A DNA stretch of 64,000 nt, from positions 36,587-100,586 of the IMG/VR virus record IMGVR_UViG_3300025597_000009; one strand, 5' to 3'. The translations under genes and the position numbers were made by a program. Origin of the DNA: a virus (taxonomy: Duplodnaviria; Caudoviricetes). The notes under the pieces are model-generated. The model was not told the origin of the DNA. It did no database searches and saw nothing but the letters and a program-made list of their open reading frames with translations. Numbering within the stretch: the stretch's first letter is position 1; each line of letters begins with the position of its first letter. Below are positions 44,909-55,970 of the stretch, one piece after another.

Positions 44909-47632
44909 ATGTGGAGTGAACACCCTTTTTTAAACTCAGGGTACTCTACTTCATTAGGCAATAATTTTCCACCTCAGATGCTTCCTCTCTCCAAAAAAGA
45001 TGATGATTGGAGAAAGAGAAATATGGATTGTCTGGAGGCAATTGCCCGGATTCAATACTGGGAGAATTTGCCCATGATGGAAAATTATAAAATGCTTCAT
45101 GGAGAATTTCTATCTTATCAATATGAAGATGTAGATGAAAATAAATATATTGATTTACTACAGTATGTTAGAGAGAAATTTGAAGTACCTAAACGAGTTA
45201 GACATTTTGATTTTATATCTCAGGTAGTTAATGCCCTGGTTGGGGAACTGGATGGAAATCCTGATATATTTAGAGTTGTAGCTAAAGGTGAAGCTATTGA
45301 GGAGGCTAGAGAACGGGAAAGAACCAGACTCCTCAATGAATATATTACCCAAAAAATTAACCAGGAAATTGAAGGCCAATTAGTTAAACAGGGCCTTGAT
45401 CCCAATAAACAGGATTTTAACTCTCCAGAAGAACAACAGCAATACCAACAGCAAATAGAGCAGGCAAAGCAAACACTTACTCCTACAGAGATCCAACGAT
45501 ATATGGATACTGAGTGGAGACATATTGCTGAGATATGGGCCAATGCTCAGTTAGAAGTCAATAAGGAACGGTATAGACTGGATGAGAAAGAGCGAATAGA
45601 GTTTATTGACATGCTTACTGTTGACAGATGCTTTAGGCATTTTAGGTTAACAGGAAGAGGGTATGAAGAAGAAACCTGGAATACTAAACAGGTATTTTTT
45701 CATAAATCCCCTGATGTCTATGAAGTAGAACGGGGCAATTATGCTGGCCGATTATTCTTTGCTTCTCTGGCTGATGTTATTGATCGATATGGTCACCTAC
45801 TTACTGGTGATGAATTAGAAGAACTACATGGTGACTATCCTAAAGGTAGTTCTGGGGATATACCCTTAAAAGACTGGTTTGGAAACAGTATTAGTTACCT
45901 AGACCCTTATGGCCTTCCCTACAGACACCGGATTCCTACTGAGAATGCCTGGTTAATGAATGCCTTCCCTCAAGTTAGCCAGAGTTCAGCTTTACATGGA
46001 ACTAATGTACCCATGATGACAGAATTACTGGAAAACAACTATAGAACCTACATTAATCACATGTTCCAGATCACAGAAGGATACTGGAAATCTCAACGAA
46101 AAGTAGGTAAACTGTTTTGGCTTAATCCAGCTACAGGTATAGAAGAAAAGATTATTGTTGATGAAAACTTTGTAGTACCTCCTTACATTAAAGTAATAGA
46201 AGGTAACCTATATCCTAATACTGATCGTGATGAACTGAATACCATTCAGTGGACCTGGATTAATGAGGTGTGGGGTGGTATTAAACTTACTCCATTAGGG
46301 GGTTTACACCGAATTAAAAAGCCTTTATACTTGAATGTTAATCCACTGGATTTTCAGGGTAGATCAGATGGTTTTCAATATGATCCGCTGTTACCTGTTG
46401 TAGGTCAGATATTCAACAACCGAAATGCTATTAGTCAGAGTTTAGTGGATGTGTTAAAGCCTTATCAGATTGCTTTTAACATGTTTATTAATCAGGCTTA
46501 CCTGATGGCTCAGGAAGAGATTCTTCCCTTTATGTTAATGGATAGTAACAACATTCCACAAGGTAAAGACTGGGGCGGTCCAGATGGGTTTGAGAAGTGG
46601 GCTACAGCTATTAGGGAAGGGCTTCGGATTGCTCCAGCTGAGACAAGACCTGTAGTAACTGGCGGAGCTAATGCAGGTGGGCAAATGCCTATGGTAGTAG
46701 ATATGGATATTACCAGTAGAATGCTTTCCCGGTTTGAATTGGCTCTTAGAGTTAAGCAGCTAGGATTAGAACAAGTTGGTGTTACTCCTCAGCGACTAGG
46801 AGATATTAAAGCTACTGAAACGGCTACTGGTGTTACTTCAGCTCAGGAAAAATCGTATACACAGACTTCTTCATACTTTACAAAATTCTATCAGTACAAG
46901 CGAAGATGCCTTCAAATGTCCTTGAACTTTGCTCAGTTTGTGCAGAGTAAAGAAAAAGATGGTACTATTTCCTTGACTCATTCTGATCATACAAACACCT
47001 TTATTAAGATCAATGGGACTGATTTATTATTAGCTGATCTACACATTTATGCCACATCCTCTCAAGAAGAAAAAAGGAAGTTGGATTTGATTAAACAACT
47101 AGGGCTGGAAAATAATACTATGCTTACCAGTATGTCAGATCGAATTACCATGATGACTACTAATTCTGTGGCAGAAATTCAGTCTATTATCCGGCAATCT
47201 GAAACTAAAATGGAACAACAAAAACAGCAAGAGTTCCAACAGCAACAACAACAGATTGAACAGCAATTACAATTGCAACGAGAGCAACAAGCTTTTGAAG
47301 CAGAACAGAATCAATTGGACCGGGAGAACAAGTTGGAAGAGGCTTATATTAAAACTTTTGGTTACAGAGAAGATAATAATATGGCTGATAATACAGGTGA
47401 TGGTTCCCCTGATATTATGGAGTATGCCAAGCTTAAACAAAAGACAGATGCTGATTCAGCTAAGCAACACCTAGCTGAACAAAAAAGACTGGATGATCAA
47501 TTAAAACTTCTGGTCAATCAACAACAACATACCGACAAATTAAATCTGGCAAAAGAAGAGATGAATTTGAAACGGGAACAGATGAAAAATGACATCAAAC
47601 AAGCTAAGATATTAGGGGATAAATCCAGGTAA
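44909..47632 (+). CDS. Portal protein (crAss-like)
   Basis: 907 aa after TerL; PQMLP..KK..W N-terminus, GVTPQRLG, Q-rich coiled C-terminus. Confidence 0.88.
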   Translation: MWSEHPFLNSGYSTSLGNNFPPQMLPLSKKDDDWRKRNMDCLEAIARIQYWENLPMMENYKMLHGEFLSYQYEDVDENKYIDLLQYVREKFEVPKRVRHFDFISQVVNALVGELDGNPDIFRVVAKGEAIEEARERERTRLLNEYITQKINQEIEGQLVKQGLDPNKQDFNSPEEQQQYQQQIEQAKQTLTPTEIQRYMDTEWRHIAEIWANAQLEVNKERYRLDEKERIEFIDMLTVDRCFRHFRLTGRGYEEETWNTKQVFFHKSPDVYEVERGNYAGRLFFASLADVIDRYGHLLTGDELEELHGDYPKGSSGDIPLKDWFGNSISYLDPYGLPYRHRIPTENAWLMNAFPQVSQSSALHGTNVPMMTELLENNYRTYINHMFQITEGYWKSQRKVGKLFWLNPATGIEEKIIVDENFVVPPYIKVIEGNLYPNTDRDELNTIQWTWINEVWGGIKLTPLGGLHRIKKPLYLNVNPLDFQGRSDGFQYDPLLPVVGQIFNNRNAISQSLVDVLKPYQIAFNMFINQAYLMAQEEILPFMLMDSNNIPQGKDWGGPDGFEKWATAIREGLRIAPAETRPVVTGGANAGGQMPMVVDMDITSRMLSRFELALRVKQLGLEQVGVTPQRLGDIKATETATGVTSAQEKSYTQTSSYFTKFYQYKRRCLQMSLNFAQFVQSKEKDGTISLTHSDHTNTFIKINGTDLLLADLHIYATSSQEEKRKLDLIKQLGLENNTMLTSMSDRITMMTTNSVAEIQSIIRQSETKMEQQKQQEFQQQQQQIEQQLQLQREQQAFEAEQNQLDRENKLEEAYIKTFGYREDNNMADNTGDGSPDIMEYAKLKQKTDADSAKQHLAEQKRLDDQLKLLVNQQQHTDKLNLAKEEMNLKREQMKNDIKQAKILGDKSR

Positions 47633-47698
47633 TTAGCTATACAAAAAAAGAGAAAACAATAGACAAATATTGATTAAAACACAAATAGATACTTAAAT

Positions 47699-48934
47699 TT
47701 GATTAGCGTTATGGAAGAAAAAATTGAAGTTCAAGTAATTGACCAGCCAGATACTGATTTTTGGGCTACCTTATTGGGAACTTCTCCAGCAGTACAAACA
47801 ACAACTACTAAAAAAGAAGAACCTAAACCAGAGGAGTCAGTTAGATCAGAACGCTTACTTTCTGCCAATGAGGTATTAGATATTGCCTTGGGCATTACCC
47901 CACTGGAGGAGCCTAAAAGAGAAGAAACACAAACTCCTCCTGTAACACAAACTGGTGCTCAGCAAGAAGAAAGTACAACAGAAGAAACTACACCACTAAC
48001 CAATACGACTACCAACTCAGTCAGTGATGAAGAGATGGATGCGTATACCAGTCAGGTTTTCAAGCACCATGCTAAAAAACTGATTCAAAAGGGAATATGG
48101 GCTGATATTGAAGGATTTGAAGAAATGCAACTGGATGATAAAGGGTTTGAGGAGCTAATGACTGCTCAGTTCCAACACAAGGTCAACCAGGAGATTGAGG
48201 GCTATAAAAGCCAAAATGATATTCTAAAAACAATTATGGACTATGTAGAAGAAGGAGGCAATCCTGATTTAGTCCTGGATCTGTTCAAAGAACGTCAGGC
48301 AGTTCAGCAAATTAACACTAGTACGCTTGATGGTAAAAAAGAATTAATTAAACAATATTATCAGGATGTACTGGATTACCCAGCTTCAGAAATTGCTCGT
48401 AGAATGAAGAAACTGGATATTGAAGGTGAGTCAGAAGTAGATGCTGAATTTGCCATTGCAGAACAGAAGTATACCAGCTATTTTAAACAAAAAGAAGGAG
48501 CTTTATTAGAAGAACAAAAACAAGCTAAACTTCAAGAAGAAAGACAACGAAAAGCTAAACTGGATAGTACTGTTGATATTTTAAAAACCTTAGGTTACCA
48601 AGAAAGAACAGCCAAAGCATTTTCTGATAAACTTTATACTTATAAGTACAAAACAAAAGACGGAGACTTGCTTACTGAATTTGATGTAAAACTGCTTGAA
48701 TTGCAAAGAGATCCTAAAAAATACATTGATTTAGCTGAGTTTGTTTTAGACCCAAAAGCCTATATCCAACGGCAAACTCAAAAAGCAAAAAACGAAGTAA
48801 CAGAAAAGAATTTTGAAGTACTGAAGTGGAAACCCACTACGCCAACCAATATAACTACTGTTAACAAACCAGCGCAAACAACACCTAATTCAGAAATCGA
48901 TAACTCATATAAAAACTTAATTAAACAATTATAA
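47699..48934 (+). CDS. Acidic putative scaffolding/structural protein
   Basis: Between portal and capsid; acidic low-complexity N-terminus, coiled coils. Confidence 0.65.
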   Translation: MISVMEEKIEVQVIDQPDTDFWATLLGTSPAVQTTTTKKEEPKPEESVRSERLLSANEVLDIALGITPLEEPKREETQTPPVTQTGAQQEESTTEETTPLTNTTTNSVSDEEMDAYTSQVFKHHAKKLIQKGIWADIEGFEEMQLDDKGFEELMTAQFQHKVNQEIEGYKSQNDILKTIMDYVEEGGNPDLVLDLFKERQAVQQINTSTLDGKKELIKQYYQDVLDYPASEIARRMKKLDIEGESEVDAEFAIAEQKYTSYFKQKEGALLEEQKQAKLQEERQRKAKLDSTVDILKTLGYQERTAKAFSDKLYTYKYKTKDGDLLTEFDVKLLELQRDPKKYIDLAEFVLDPKAYIQRQTQKAKNEVTEKNFEVLKWKPTTPTNITTVNKPAQTTPNSEIDNSYKNLIKQL

Positions 48935-48950
48935 TAATCATACTTAAAAT

Positions 48951-50660
48951 ATGTTACAATATGGTTCTCCTGTAAATGGAATGAATAGAGGAGTGGCCAT
49001 CCAGCATACCATGATGGATTTTGCTGGTAAACACTCTGAAATGCAAACAGTCAACAATTTCCTTGATCAAAATATACAGTATAAGGGATTGATGAAATTG
49101 TGGAATCAGTTTTCCATGATTAATACCCCACTAATCAGTGCTACTGAACTAGCTGGTAATGTGGAAGAAACAAATGGTTTTGGGTCTACAATTACTTATT
49201 CTGTACCCTTCAAAAAAGGCCTTCCTTTTATTAAAGAAGATTTGACTGGTGAAAATGAACGAGTTGGCTGGAATAGAGAAAAATTCCCTCTAGTACTTAA
49301 TACCAATAAGTATACAAAAACAGATATTCTTACTTACGATAGGCGGAATGGTATTCAGGTTATTGTAGCCAATGATGAAGAGGTAGAGCCACTGGGTCCA
49401 GATAGCTGGAAGTACATGGTTTATATTAAAACAGATAATCCTAACACCTTTGTCCCAAAACGCTTCCTACAACCTGGAATTAACTGGTTTAAAATCTCTA
49501 ACGCCAGAGGTGTAGAATGGGCTACTGAAAACTCTAGCATCACTTATGATTCTGATGGTATTCAGACACTAGCTTTCCAAACTGGGGAAACTCTCCAATC
49601 ACTGGAACACTGGATTACTATGGGAGCTGACATTCTGGAATTGAAAAGATTACCAGAAGGAATGGATCAATCTGTACTAGGATCATACTGCAACCCTCAT
49701 GCTGTATCAGTCATATATATGTTTGATACGCTGGGTGATGTAAATGATCCAATGAATCCTGACCGGCAGAAAAACCCTGTTAAAAAATCAGGAAGATGGA
49801 TGCCTACTATTGTAGAAATGCTTTACCGGGAACAGGCTAAAATGCAGGAAAATCATTTGACCTGGAACAATGGAGGTATTATCTGGGATGGTAGAGGTGT
49901 CACCCACCGGGTAGGTATGGGTCTGTATCCTCAGCTTAAAATGGGTTGGTATGAAACCTATTCCAGAACCTCTGAAATCCTGACTGTACTCAAGAAAGTG
50001 ACTGGTCAGTTGTTCTTTGGCCGAAGTGATTTGCCTATGCACATGAGAAGAGTGGTCTTTGAAATGGGTATGGGGGCCTTTATTGAGTGTCAGAAAGCAT
50101 TCAATCAGGAATTTAAAACCAATATGCCATTCATGATGATGGCTGACCACCCTTCTTTGAAAGGATTAGTTACTGGAGATAACATGAATCTTCGGTATGG
50201 TGGTTATCGGTTTATGGCTTATAACTTCCCTGAGGCTGGTAATGTAGAAATTGTTCACAACCCTGCGCTAGACTTTGAAGGTACGCTGTCAGAAACCACT
50301 CCTTATGGTCGATACCCAATGCCTTCTTATTCAATCCTGGTTAAGGATTTGACTGATCCAGGCTTCTCAAATGCTATTCCTAAAGGTAATGCTCAGTATA
50401 ATGTTCGGGAAGGTTTCAACAATGGGTCAAACATTGTCATGCTTAAACCTAAGAACTATGCTGATACTTATGTGAGCTACCAGATTGGTGATTACTGTCC
50501 AGAAGTACTGCGTAAGTTCGTAACTGCTGGTAACAATGCCCACATTAGTTCAGGAGATTTCATGGGCTTCAAAATGAAGATGTTCTGGGCTGGTGAAATC
50601 TGGGTGAAAGATCCTTCAAGAATTATCTTAATTGAACGGAATGACCCACTCTGGTCATAA
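48951..50660 (+). CDS. Major capsid protein (crAss-like)
   Basis: 569 aa; position; G.GL..Q, HNPALD, IWVKDPSR motifs. Confidence 0.85.
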   Translation: MLQYGSPVNGMNRGVAIQHTMMDFAGKHSEMQTVNNFLDQNIQYKGLMKLWNQFSMINTPLISATELAGNVEETNGFGSTITYSVPFKKGLPFIKEDLTGENERVGWNREKFPLVLNTNKYTKTDILTYDRRNGIQVIVANDEEVEPLGPDSWKYMVYIKTDNPNTFVPKRFLQPGINWFKISNARGVEWATENSSITYDSDGIQTLAFQTGETLQSLEHWITMGADILELKRLPEGMDQSVLGSYCNPHAVSVIYMFDTLGDVNDPMNPDRQKNPVKKSGRWMPTIVEMLYREQAKMQENHLTWNNGGIIWDGRGVTHRVGMGLYPQLKMGWYETYSRTSEILTVLKKVTGQLFFGRSDLPMHMRRVVFEMGMGAFIECQKAFNQEFKTNMPFMMMADHPSLKGLVTGDNMNLRYGGYRFMAYNFPEAGNVEIVHNPALDFEGTLSETTPYGRYPMPSYSILVKDLTDPGFSNAIPKGNAQYNVREGFNNGSNIVMLKPKNYADTYVSYQIGDYCPEVLRKFVTAGNNAHISSGDFMGFKMKMFWAGEIWVKDPSRIILIERNDPLWS

Positions 50661-50669
50661 CGTATACAG

Positions 50670-50704
50670 GTAAGGGTTAGCAATTGTTAGCCCTTACTCT
50701 TTTT
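50670..50704 (+). terminator. Intrinsic terminator after MCP
   Basis: GTAAGGGTTAGC/GTTAGCCCTTAC + T-run. Confidence 0.75.
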
Positions 50705-50735
50705 ATTTTCTGAAATTAAATTGAAATGATTTTTT

Positions 50736-51623
50736 ATGAATACACGCGTTATCATTAAACAACGACCCACTGAAGCATCCACTTATTTTGGACTTGATAA
50801 ATTAGATCTAGCTGTTCACCCTGCTGCCAGTCATACTAGAAGGGTACGTGTAGAGATGGATGGAGTTACTTATGTAACAGGTCTAAATGAAAATTCTCCT
50901 AGAGTATTAGCTATTAAAGACACCACACTCCGCGAGAAGAAGCAAAATGAACTTAAGAAAGAACGGAAAAGACTGGAAGAACGGACTGGTCTGAACCTGG
51001 ATGCCCACAATGATGACTTTTGGGCTGGTTTTGAAATTGAGTTAATTACTCCCTACAAATCAGAGATTATTCTGGACAAGTCTAATCCCCTACACTTGAT
51101 TAAGTATTATGCCATGCTTGAAAACAGATTTGTAGCCCCTTCTCTGGAAGATTTAGAGTCAGGTGAATATCAGGAATGTTATCTATATGTCCATGATCCT
51201 GAAGTTAATAAAAGCCGAAGAGCTGTTCTTCAGGAGTATAAGGATGATGTGGCAGCTGCTATTTCTAGTTTTAAAAACAACAAAGACAAGCTCTTCTACA
51301 TATGCAGTGCTTTGGAACTGAGTGTCAATAAATACCTTAGCCGGGATGACTTATACCTGATGCTTTCTGAGTATAGAGATAGACTTAAAAAGGCAGAAGA
51401 TTTTGAGAAGATGCTGTATGTACTCAAAATGTCTAATGAACAATTAATGGTCAAATTCATTGTTAGACAGGCCTTTAACAAACGTATTCTGCGTAAGTCT
51501 GGAATGGTATTTGAATTTGCAGGTACAGAACTTGGTATCTCAAAAGAAGATGTAGAAGACTTCCTATTGCTTCCTGAAAATGCAGGCACCTTGAGCTTGC
51601 TTAAAGCACAAGTAGAAAAATAA
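50736..51623 (+). CDS. Conserved crAss-like protein downstream of MCP
   Basis: 295 aa; synteny; DFW...LDKSNP motif. Confidence 0.7.
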   Translation: MNTRVIIKQRPTEASTYFGLDKLDLAVHPAASHTRRVRVEMDGVTYVTGLNENSPRVLAIKDTTLREKKQNELKKERKRLEERTGLNLDAHNDDFWAGFEIELITPYKSEIILDKSNPLHLIKYYAMLENRFVAPSLEDLESGEYQECYLYVHDPEVNKSRRAVLQEYKDDVAAAISSFKNNKDKLFYICSALELSVNKYLSRDDLYLMLSEYRDRLKKAEDFEKMLYVLKMSNEQLMVKFIVRQAFNKRILRKSGMVFEFAGTELGISKEDVEDFLLLPENAGTLSLLKAQVEK

Positions 51624-52306
51624 TGACTACACCTGAATTGTATTTTGAATGTCAATTACTGCTTAATAAAGGTGGTACAGGCCTCTACTCAGATGTGCCT
51701 GTAGCCACTTTTGTTACTATTTTCAATAGAGAACAAGAAAAGTGGTTAAAGCTGAATTTGCCTAAAGCTGCTGATACAGATGATATTCAAAATTTTCAGC
51801 AGTTATTAGTACCTGAATATCCATTGGTTAAACAGGATGTGACCTCGAAGTATGTCAGCTTTCTATTACCAGAGGATTGGTTTTCTATTGATCAGATTCA
51901 CCCAGCAAAAGCTACTCAGCAGAAGGTCACTCGAAATCTATATGTCCGGTTTATTAAAAATAAGAACATTAATGAACTCTTACAAGACCCTTTAAATAAT
52001 CCTTCTTTTGATTGGGAGGAAACATTTGCTTTTGTGGGGAATGAGCAGCTTCATGTGTATTACACTGATTTTTCTATTGATTCTATTAGCATATCCTATT
52101 ACAAAAAACCCAATAAAATTGATCTGATTGGCTATACAAATTTTGACAAACTTCCTAGCAAGACCGTTAACTCCAACCTTGATGATGTATATTTAAGGGA
52201 GATATTAGATATGACTGTCAGGGAATTACAACGAATTTTTGAGAATCCACAAGGTTTCCAATTAGCCCAAGAAAGAATAGCGACAGAAACAGATCACACA
52301 ACTTAA
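51623..52306 (+). CDS. Putative head-tail ring/adaptor protein
   Basis: 227 aa; NPSFDW.E, Y.KKP motifs; synteny. Confidence 0.65.
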   Translation: MTTPELYFECQLLLNKGGTGLYSDVPVATFVTIFNREQEKWLKLNLPKAADTDDIQNFQQLLVPEYPLVKQDVTSKYVSFLLPEDWFSIDQIHPAKATQQKVTRNLYVRFIKNKNINELLQDPLNNPSFDWEETFAFVGNEQLHVYYTDFSIDSISISYYKKPNKIDLIGYTNFDKLPSKTVNSNLDDVYLREILDMTVRELQRIFENPQGFQLAQERIATETDHTT

Positions 52307-52337
52307 AACCTATTTTATATTATCTATATTATTATTT

Positions 52338-54287
52338 ATGAGTGGTAAATTAAATCAATCACAACGAATTGCCCTTGTTTCCAATAACCCAAGTTTGTTT
52401 ACTGGGACTACAATCGATCAATTGGCTCCTGGTCAATTTGGTCTATTTTACAGAGATAAGGAAGGCTATCAATTTTTAGGTACTAAATCTCCTACCCATG
52501 CTCGTGACCGGAAGTTCAAACTGGCTCTGGGTATGAAGAATCATTTCAATCCTCTTACTCAACGTGCTCAATTACCTACCTGGAACCATGAATCAGTAGA
52601 ATTCAAGGCTAGTGAAATTGTCAGTTGGAGAGGCATCAAAGCCCACAAAGCCACTAAAGAGCCTAGAGTTGCCCTTGGTTTTGATGGGGTAGATTTGAGC
52701 AAGTCTCTTAAAGTAAAAGTAGGTCAAAGCTTCAAACTGTATATGTACTTATCTGGGTTTCCCATCAACCAATTGACTGGTTTTAACCGGAGACTGGTAA
52801 GAGAGTATATTATTGACCCAGAATGGCCAGCGGTCTGTCAGGATGGTTGTGATACGCCACAGTGTCAGGAACAAGCCTGTCAGGTAGTTCAGCAAAAGAT
52901 TGTTGAAGCTGTTGAGCGAGACATGTATAACAATGGTATTCCAATTACCAATTTTGTCAAAGTCTCTACAGTTACTTCTTGTGATCCAGCCCTGCCTGAG
53001 ATTGAAGATTTAGTGGAGTTTGATTACTACCAGCTGACCATCTATGATGATGGTTCCAGAAATGCATTGGGTGAGGTAGCTGATCAGTACCCAAGTTTCC
53101 ATGTTGAGCAAGTTGCCAGACATGGTAATCAGTCGACTTATCAGTTGACTCAATTAGCCAGTGCGCAAGCTCCAGCTGCTTATACCAGCAAATCCCTGGC
53201 TATCCTGCCTGACTGTACAGATTGTCCTAGTGGTTTCACCTTGGAAGCTGCTAATAAGGCTTTTGAGATTATAGTACCTAAAGCTACTTCTGTTACTACG
53301 TCCTTTGTATCAGGCATTACAGCAGTTAAGGAACTAGGCAGTACAATCACTCAGAAAACCATTCAGGTAACTTTTGCTGCTACAGTAGATGAAGATGCTA
53401 AAGCTGCGGCTTTACGTCAGGCTGGTGCAGTTGAAGTTCACTACATGGGTGAAAAACAAGCTCTTTGCAAGCAATCACAAGCTGTAACTGTTTCTTGGAC
53501 CCAAACCAGTAGCTGCTTCAAAGCTTCTAAATCATACCATATTACCTTGGGTGATAAAGTATGTGGGGGTAATAGATTAGCTGAATTACAAGCTGCTTAT
53601 CCAAGTTATACGATTAGTGTAGCTGCCACTGGTGAATGTGTTCATCAATATCAAACAACTGTCTATTCAAACTGTGTAACTCCTGGCTGTTCAGTTGATC
53701 TCTATAAATGGCAAGCACCTGCTTCGTATGATGGTAATCAATGGGAAGCTGACCCTCCAACCAGTTCAGTAAATACTACTTGTAACTGTGGGGTAATCTT
53801 TGAAGGGGCCAGATTTGAACAACCTGTGGATGACTGTACATTGCCTTACTTTGGGTATGATAACCGGATGGATGATCCTGTTAAAATTGAGCTGTCTACA
53901 CACACCCATGATTACCTGGAACACCCACTGGAAACCAAAGACATGCCAGTGACCTATTTGCAAACAGCTGATTACAACCAAGGCTGGGGTAGAGATGTCA
54001 TTATTGAAGAGCAAGATTCTATGGGTTACTTCATGAAGAAGTACCATCACTATCCAGTACTAAGACAAGTATTTGATGCAAACTATCAGGCTAAGCCAAA
54101 TATCTTCTATGATGAATATCAATTGAAGGTAAAAATTAGAAGCATTGATGGTGGTTGGTTTGATGATACAGGCTTCCAGATTCTATATCGGTTCTTTGTT
54201 CCGACAGGTGAAGGTAAAGAATTAGAAGGGGCTATTAATCAGCTAATTGTTTCAGCAGGATTGAACCTTGATCTTGTTTATTTATAA
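52338..54287 (+). CDS. Virion structural protein
   Basis: 649 aa Cys-containing protein followed by a strong terminator. Confidence 0.7.
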   Translation: MSGKLNQSQRIALVSNNPSLFTGTTIDQLAPGQFGLFYRDKEGYQFLGTKSPTHARDRKFKLALGMKNHFNPLTQRAQLPTWNHESVEFKASEIVSWRGIKAHKATKEPRVALGFDGVDLSKSLKVKVGQSFKLYMYLSGFPINQLTGFNRRLVREYIIDPEWPAVCQDGCDTPQCQEQACQVVQQKIVEAVERDMYNNGIPITNFVKVSTVTSCDPALPEIEDLVEFDYYQLTIYDDGSRNALGEVADQYPSFHVEQVARHGNQSTYQLTQLASAQAPAAYTSKSLAILPDCTDCPSGFTLEAANKAFEIIVPKATSVTTSFVSGITAVKELGSTITQKTIQVTFAATVDEDAKAAALRQAGAVEVHYMGEKQALCKQSQAVTVSWTQTSSCFKASKSYHITLGDKVCGGNRLAELQAAYPSYTISVAATGECVHQYQTTVYSNCVTPGCSVDLYKWQAPASYDGNQWEADPPTSSVNTTCNCGVIFEGARFEQPVDDCTLPYFGYDNRMDDPVKIELSTHTHDYLEHPLETKDMPVTYLQTADYNQGWGRDVIIEEQDSMGYFMKKYHHYPVLRQVFDANYQAKPNIFYDEYQLKVKIRSIDGGWFDDTGFQILYRFFVPTGEGKELEGAINQLIVSAGLNLDLVYL

Positions 54288-54310
54288 TCAATCAATAATT
54301 TAACTTGAAT

Positions 54311-54352
54311 GAGCAGGGTGGGTGGGATGTAAGAAGCTCACCCTGTTTTTTA
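54311..54352 (+). terminator. Intrinsic terminator
   Basis: CAGGGTGGG...CTCACCCTG + T-run. Confidence 0.7.
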
Positions 54353-54358
54353 TTATGT

Positions 54359-54850
54359 ATGATACCCACATTAGAAATAGTAGATACAGATGATCCATTT
54401 ACAATAACGATCATAGACACATCCAACTATACAGAAGAGCCTGGTTTTACTTCCTTATCTGTAACACTTCCTGGTTTTAGTTGTGACGTGGATGTGGATA
54501 TAAATGTAGGGTGTACTACTGTGCTGACTGCTGAAGATTTAGGATTTGAAGAAGGATTAAAGTTACCAGATGGATTATATAAACTGGAATATATTGTTGA
54601 CGATAATGCACCAACCATTACTTATATTCTTAAAACAGTACAGCTCAATGAAGCAGTAGCTAACATACTGCTTAATGTTGATCTGGAAGATAAAGCATTA
54701 GCCAGTGATCTGGAGAAAACATTAAGCAGGGTATTTCTGCTGAAAGAAGCAGCTAAACAACGAGCTACCTGTGAACTCATTCAAGATGCTCAAAAGATTT
54801 ACAATACTGCTTTACGACTATTACACCCTTTTCAGCATGGCAAAAAATAA
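54359..54850 (+). CDS. Putative virion protein (likely start MIPTLE)
   Basis: LPDGLY motif; upstream extension overlaps terminator. Confidence 0.65.
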   Translation: MIPTLEIVDTDDPFTITIIDTSNYTEEPGFTSLSVTLPGFSCDVDVDINVGCTTVLTAEDLGFEEGLKLPDGLYKLEYIVDDNAPTITYILKTVQLNEAVANILLNVDLEDKALASDLEKTLSRVFLLKEAAKQRATCELIQDAQKIYNTALRLLHPFQHGKK

Positions 54851-55058
54851 AAAAGCTAAACCCTGTCAAATCAGTATTCATCAGCTAAACAGTTATATCA
54901 ACCAGTTGTCGGGTTGTAGAAAACATCCTGCTTGTGATCACCAATTAGTGGATGAATACATTGATTTGATTGGAAAGGCCATTGATGACAATCCCTGTTA
55001 TTATCTAATTGAGTTAAAACAAATTCAAAAATTTTTAAAGAGTCATGTGCGGGTGTAA
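54837..55058 (+). CDS. Small Cys-containing protein
   Basis: Start MAKNKK. Confidence 0.55.
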   Translation: MAKNKKAKPCQISIHQLNSYINQLSGCRKHPACDHQLVDEYIDLIGKAIDDNPCYYLIELKQIQKFLKSHVRV

Positions 55059-55356
55059 TCAGGCAAAGCCAATATCTATGGTGGGTATAGTTAGATCAAC
55101 AGCTGGTATCGGTATCACCGAGGGCAGAGTTAGCTGCCAGGATGTAGTTAAGCTTTATCAGGCTTTACTCTGTGCTAAGAAGAGTGGTTGGTATAGACAG
55201 ACTAGCTTAACAGAGAAACAGATGAATAAATACCTTGGAGAATTACTTTCTAGTATTAGTCTTCAAAACTCAGAAGGATGTCTGGATATGCCTAGTATTC
55301 CCTATATAATCAACATAACCAATGAATGGAAATCAATTTCAGGATTTGTATGCTAA
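55045..55356 (+). CDS. Small Cys-containing protein
   Basis: MCGCN N-terminus. Confidence 0.6.
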   Translation: MCGCNQAKPISMVGIVRSTAGIGITEGRVSCQDVVKLYQALLCAKKSGWYRQTSLTEKQMNKYLGELLSSISLQNSEGCLDMPSIPYIINITNEWKSISGFVC

Positions 55357-55522
55357 CTGGACTTGTAATCTAAGTGATACTATTCAGCAAGCCAGCCAAT
55401 ATGGGAACCAATACAAAACAAATACAATCTGGTGGTACTGGACTGGAGTCATCCAACATGAATGCTTAAGTGTACGACAACAAGAGAAGCTTAAAAAATT
55501 AATATATAGATTCAATGTGTAA
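55322..55522 (+). CDS. Hypothetical protein
   Basis: 66 aa ORF overlapping neighbours. Confidence 0.55.
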   Translation: MNGNQFQDLYANWTCNLSDTIQQASQYGNQYKTNTIWWYWTGVIQHECLSVRQQEKLKKLIYRFNV

Positions 55523-55970
55523 AAATTGTAATTGTAGTACTAAATCAATTCAAAGTACAGATACTGTATTTTATCCAAAAACGGACTTAACACAGGTTTC
55601 TACCAATTGTGAAACGCCTTTATCAGCTACAGTACTCTTTAGACAAATTGATTTGTTGCTTACAGAATTAAGCCAGAAAACTGGCCCTGTGGCTGGTTAT
55701 AGTAGCTTACAGGCAGCAATTGAAGGATTAAAAACGGCTTATACTACACAACAAGCTTTACTTACTAGTCTTCAAGAAGCCAGTACCAATCTCAGTGTTG
55801 GAGACCAGCCAGTTCAGGTTAGTATGGGATGTTTAAGTGGGGGTTGTGGTGATTGTACTCAGGTGAGTTTACAATGGGTACTAGAAGCTCTGGTATCTGA
55901 AGTATGTTCCCTGAGAAGTAGACTAGATGCTGTAGAGAGTGGAACTACCAATCAATTGTATGTACCTTAA
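55515..55970 (+). CDS. Cys-rich coiled-coil virion protein
   Basis: 151 aa ORF. Confidence 0.65.
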   Translation: MCKNCNCSTKSIQSTDTVFYPKTDLTQVSTNCETPLSATVLFRQIDLLLTELSQKTGPVAGYSSLQAAIEGLKTAYTTQQALLTSLQEASTNLSVGDQPVQVSMGCLSGGCGDCTQVSLQWVLEALVSEVCSLRSRLDAVESGTTNQLYVP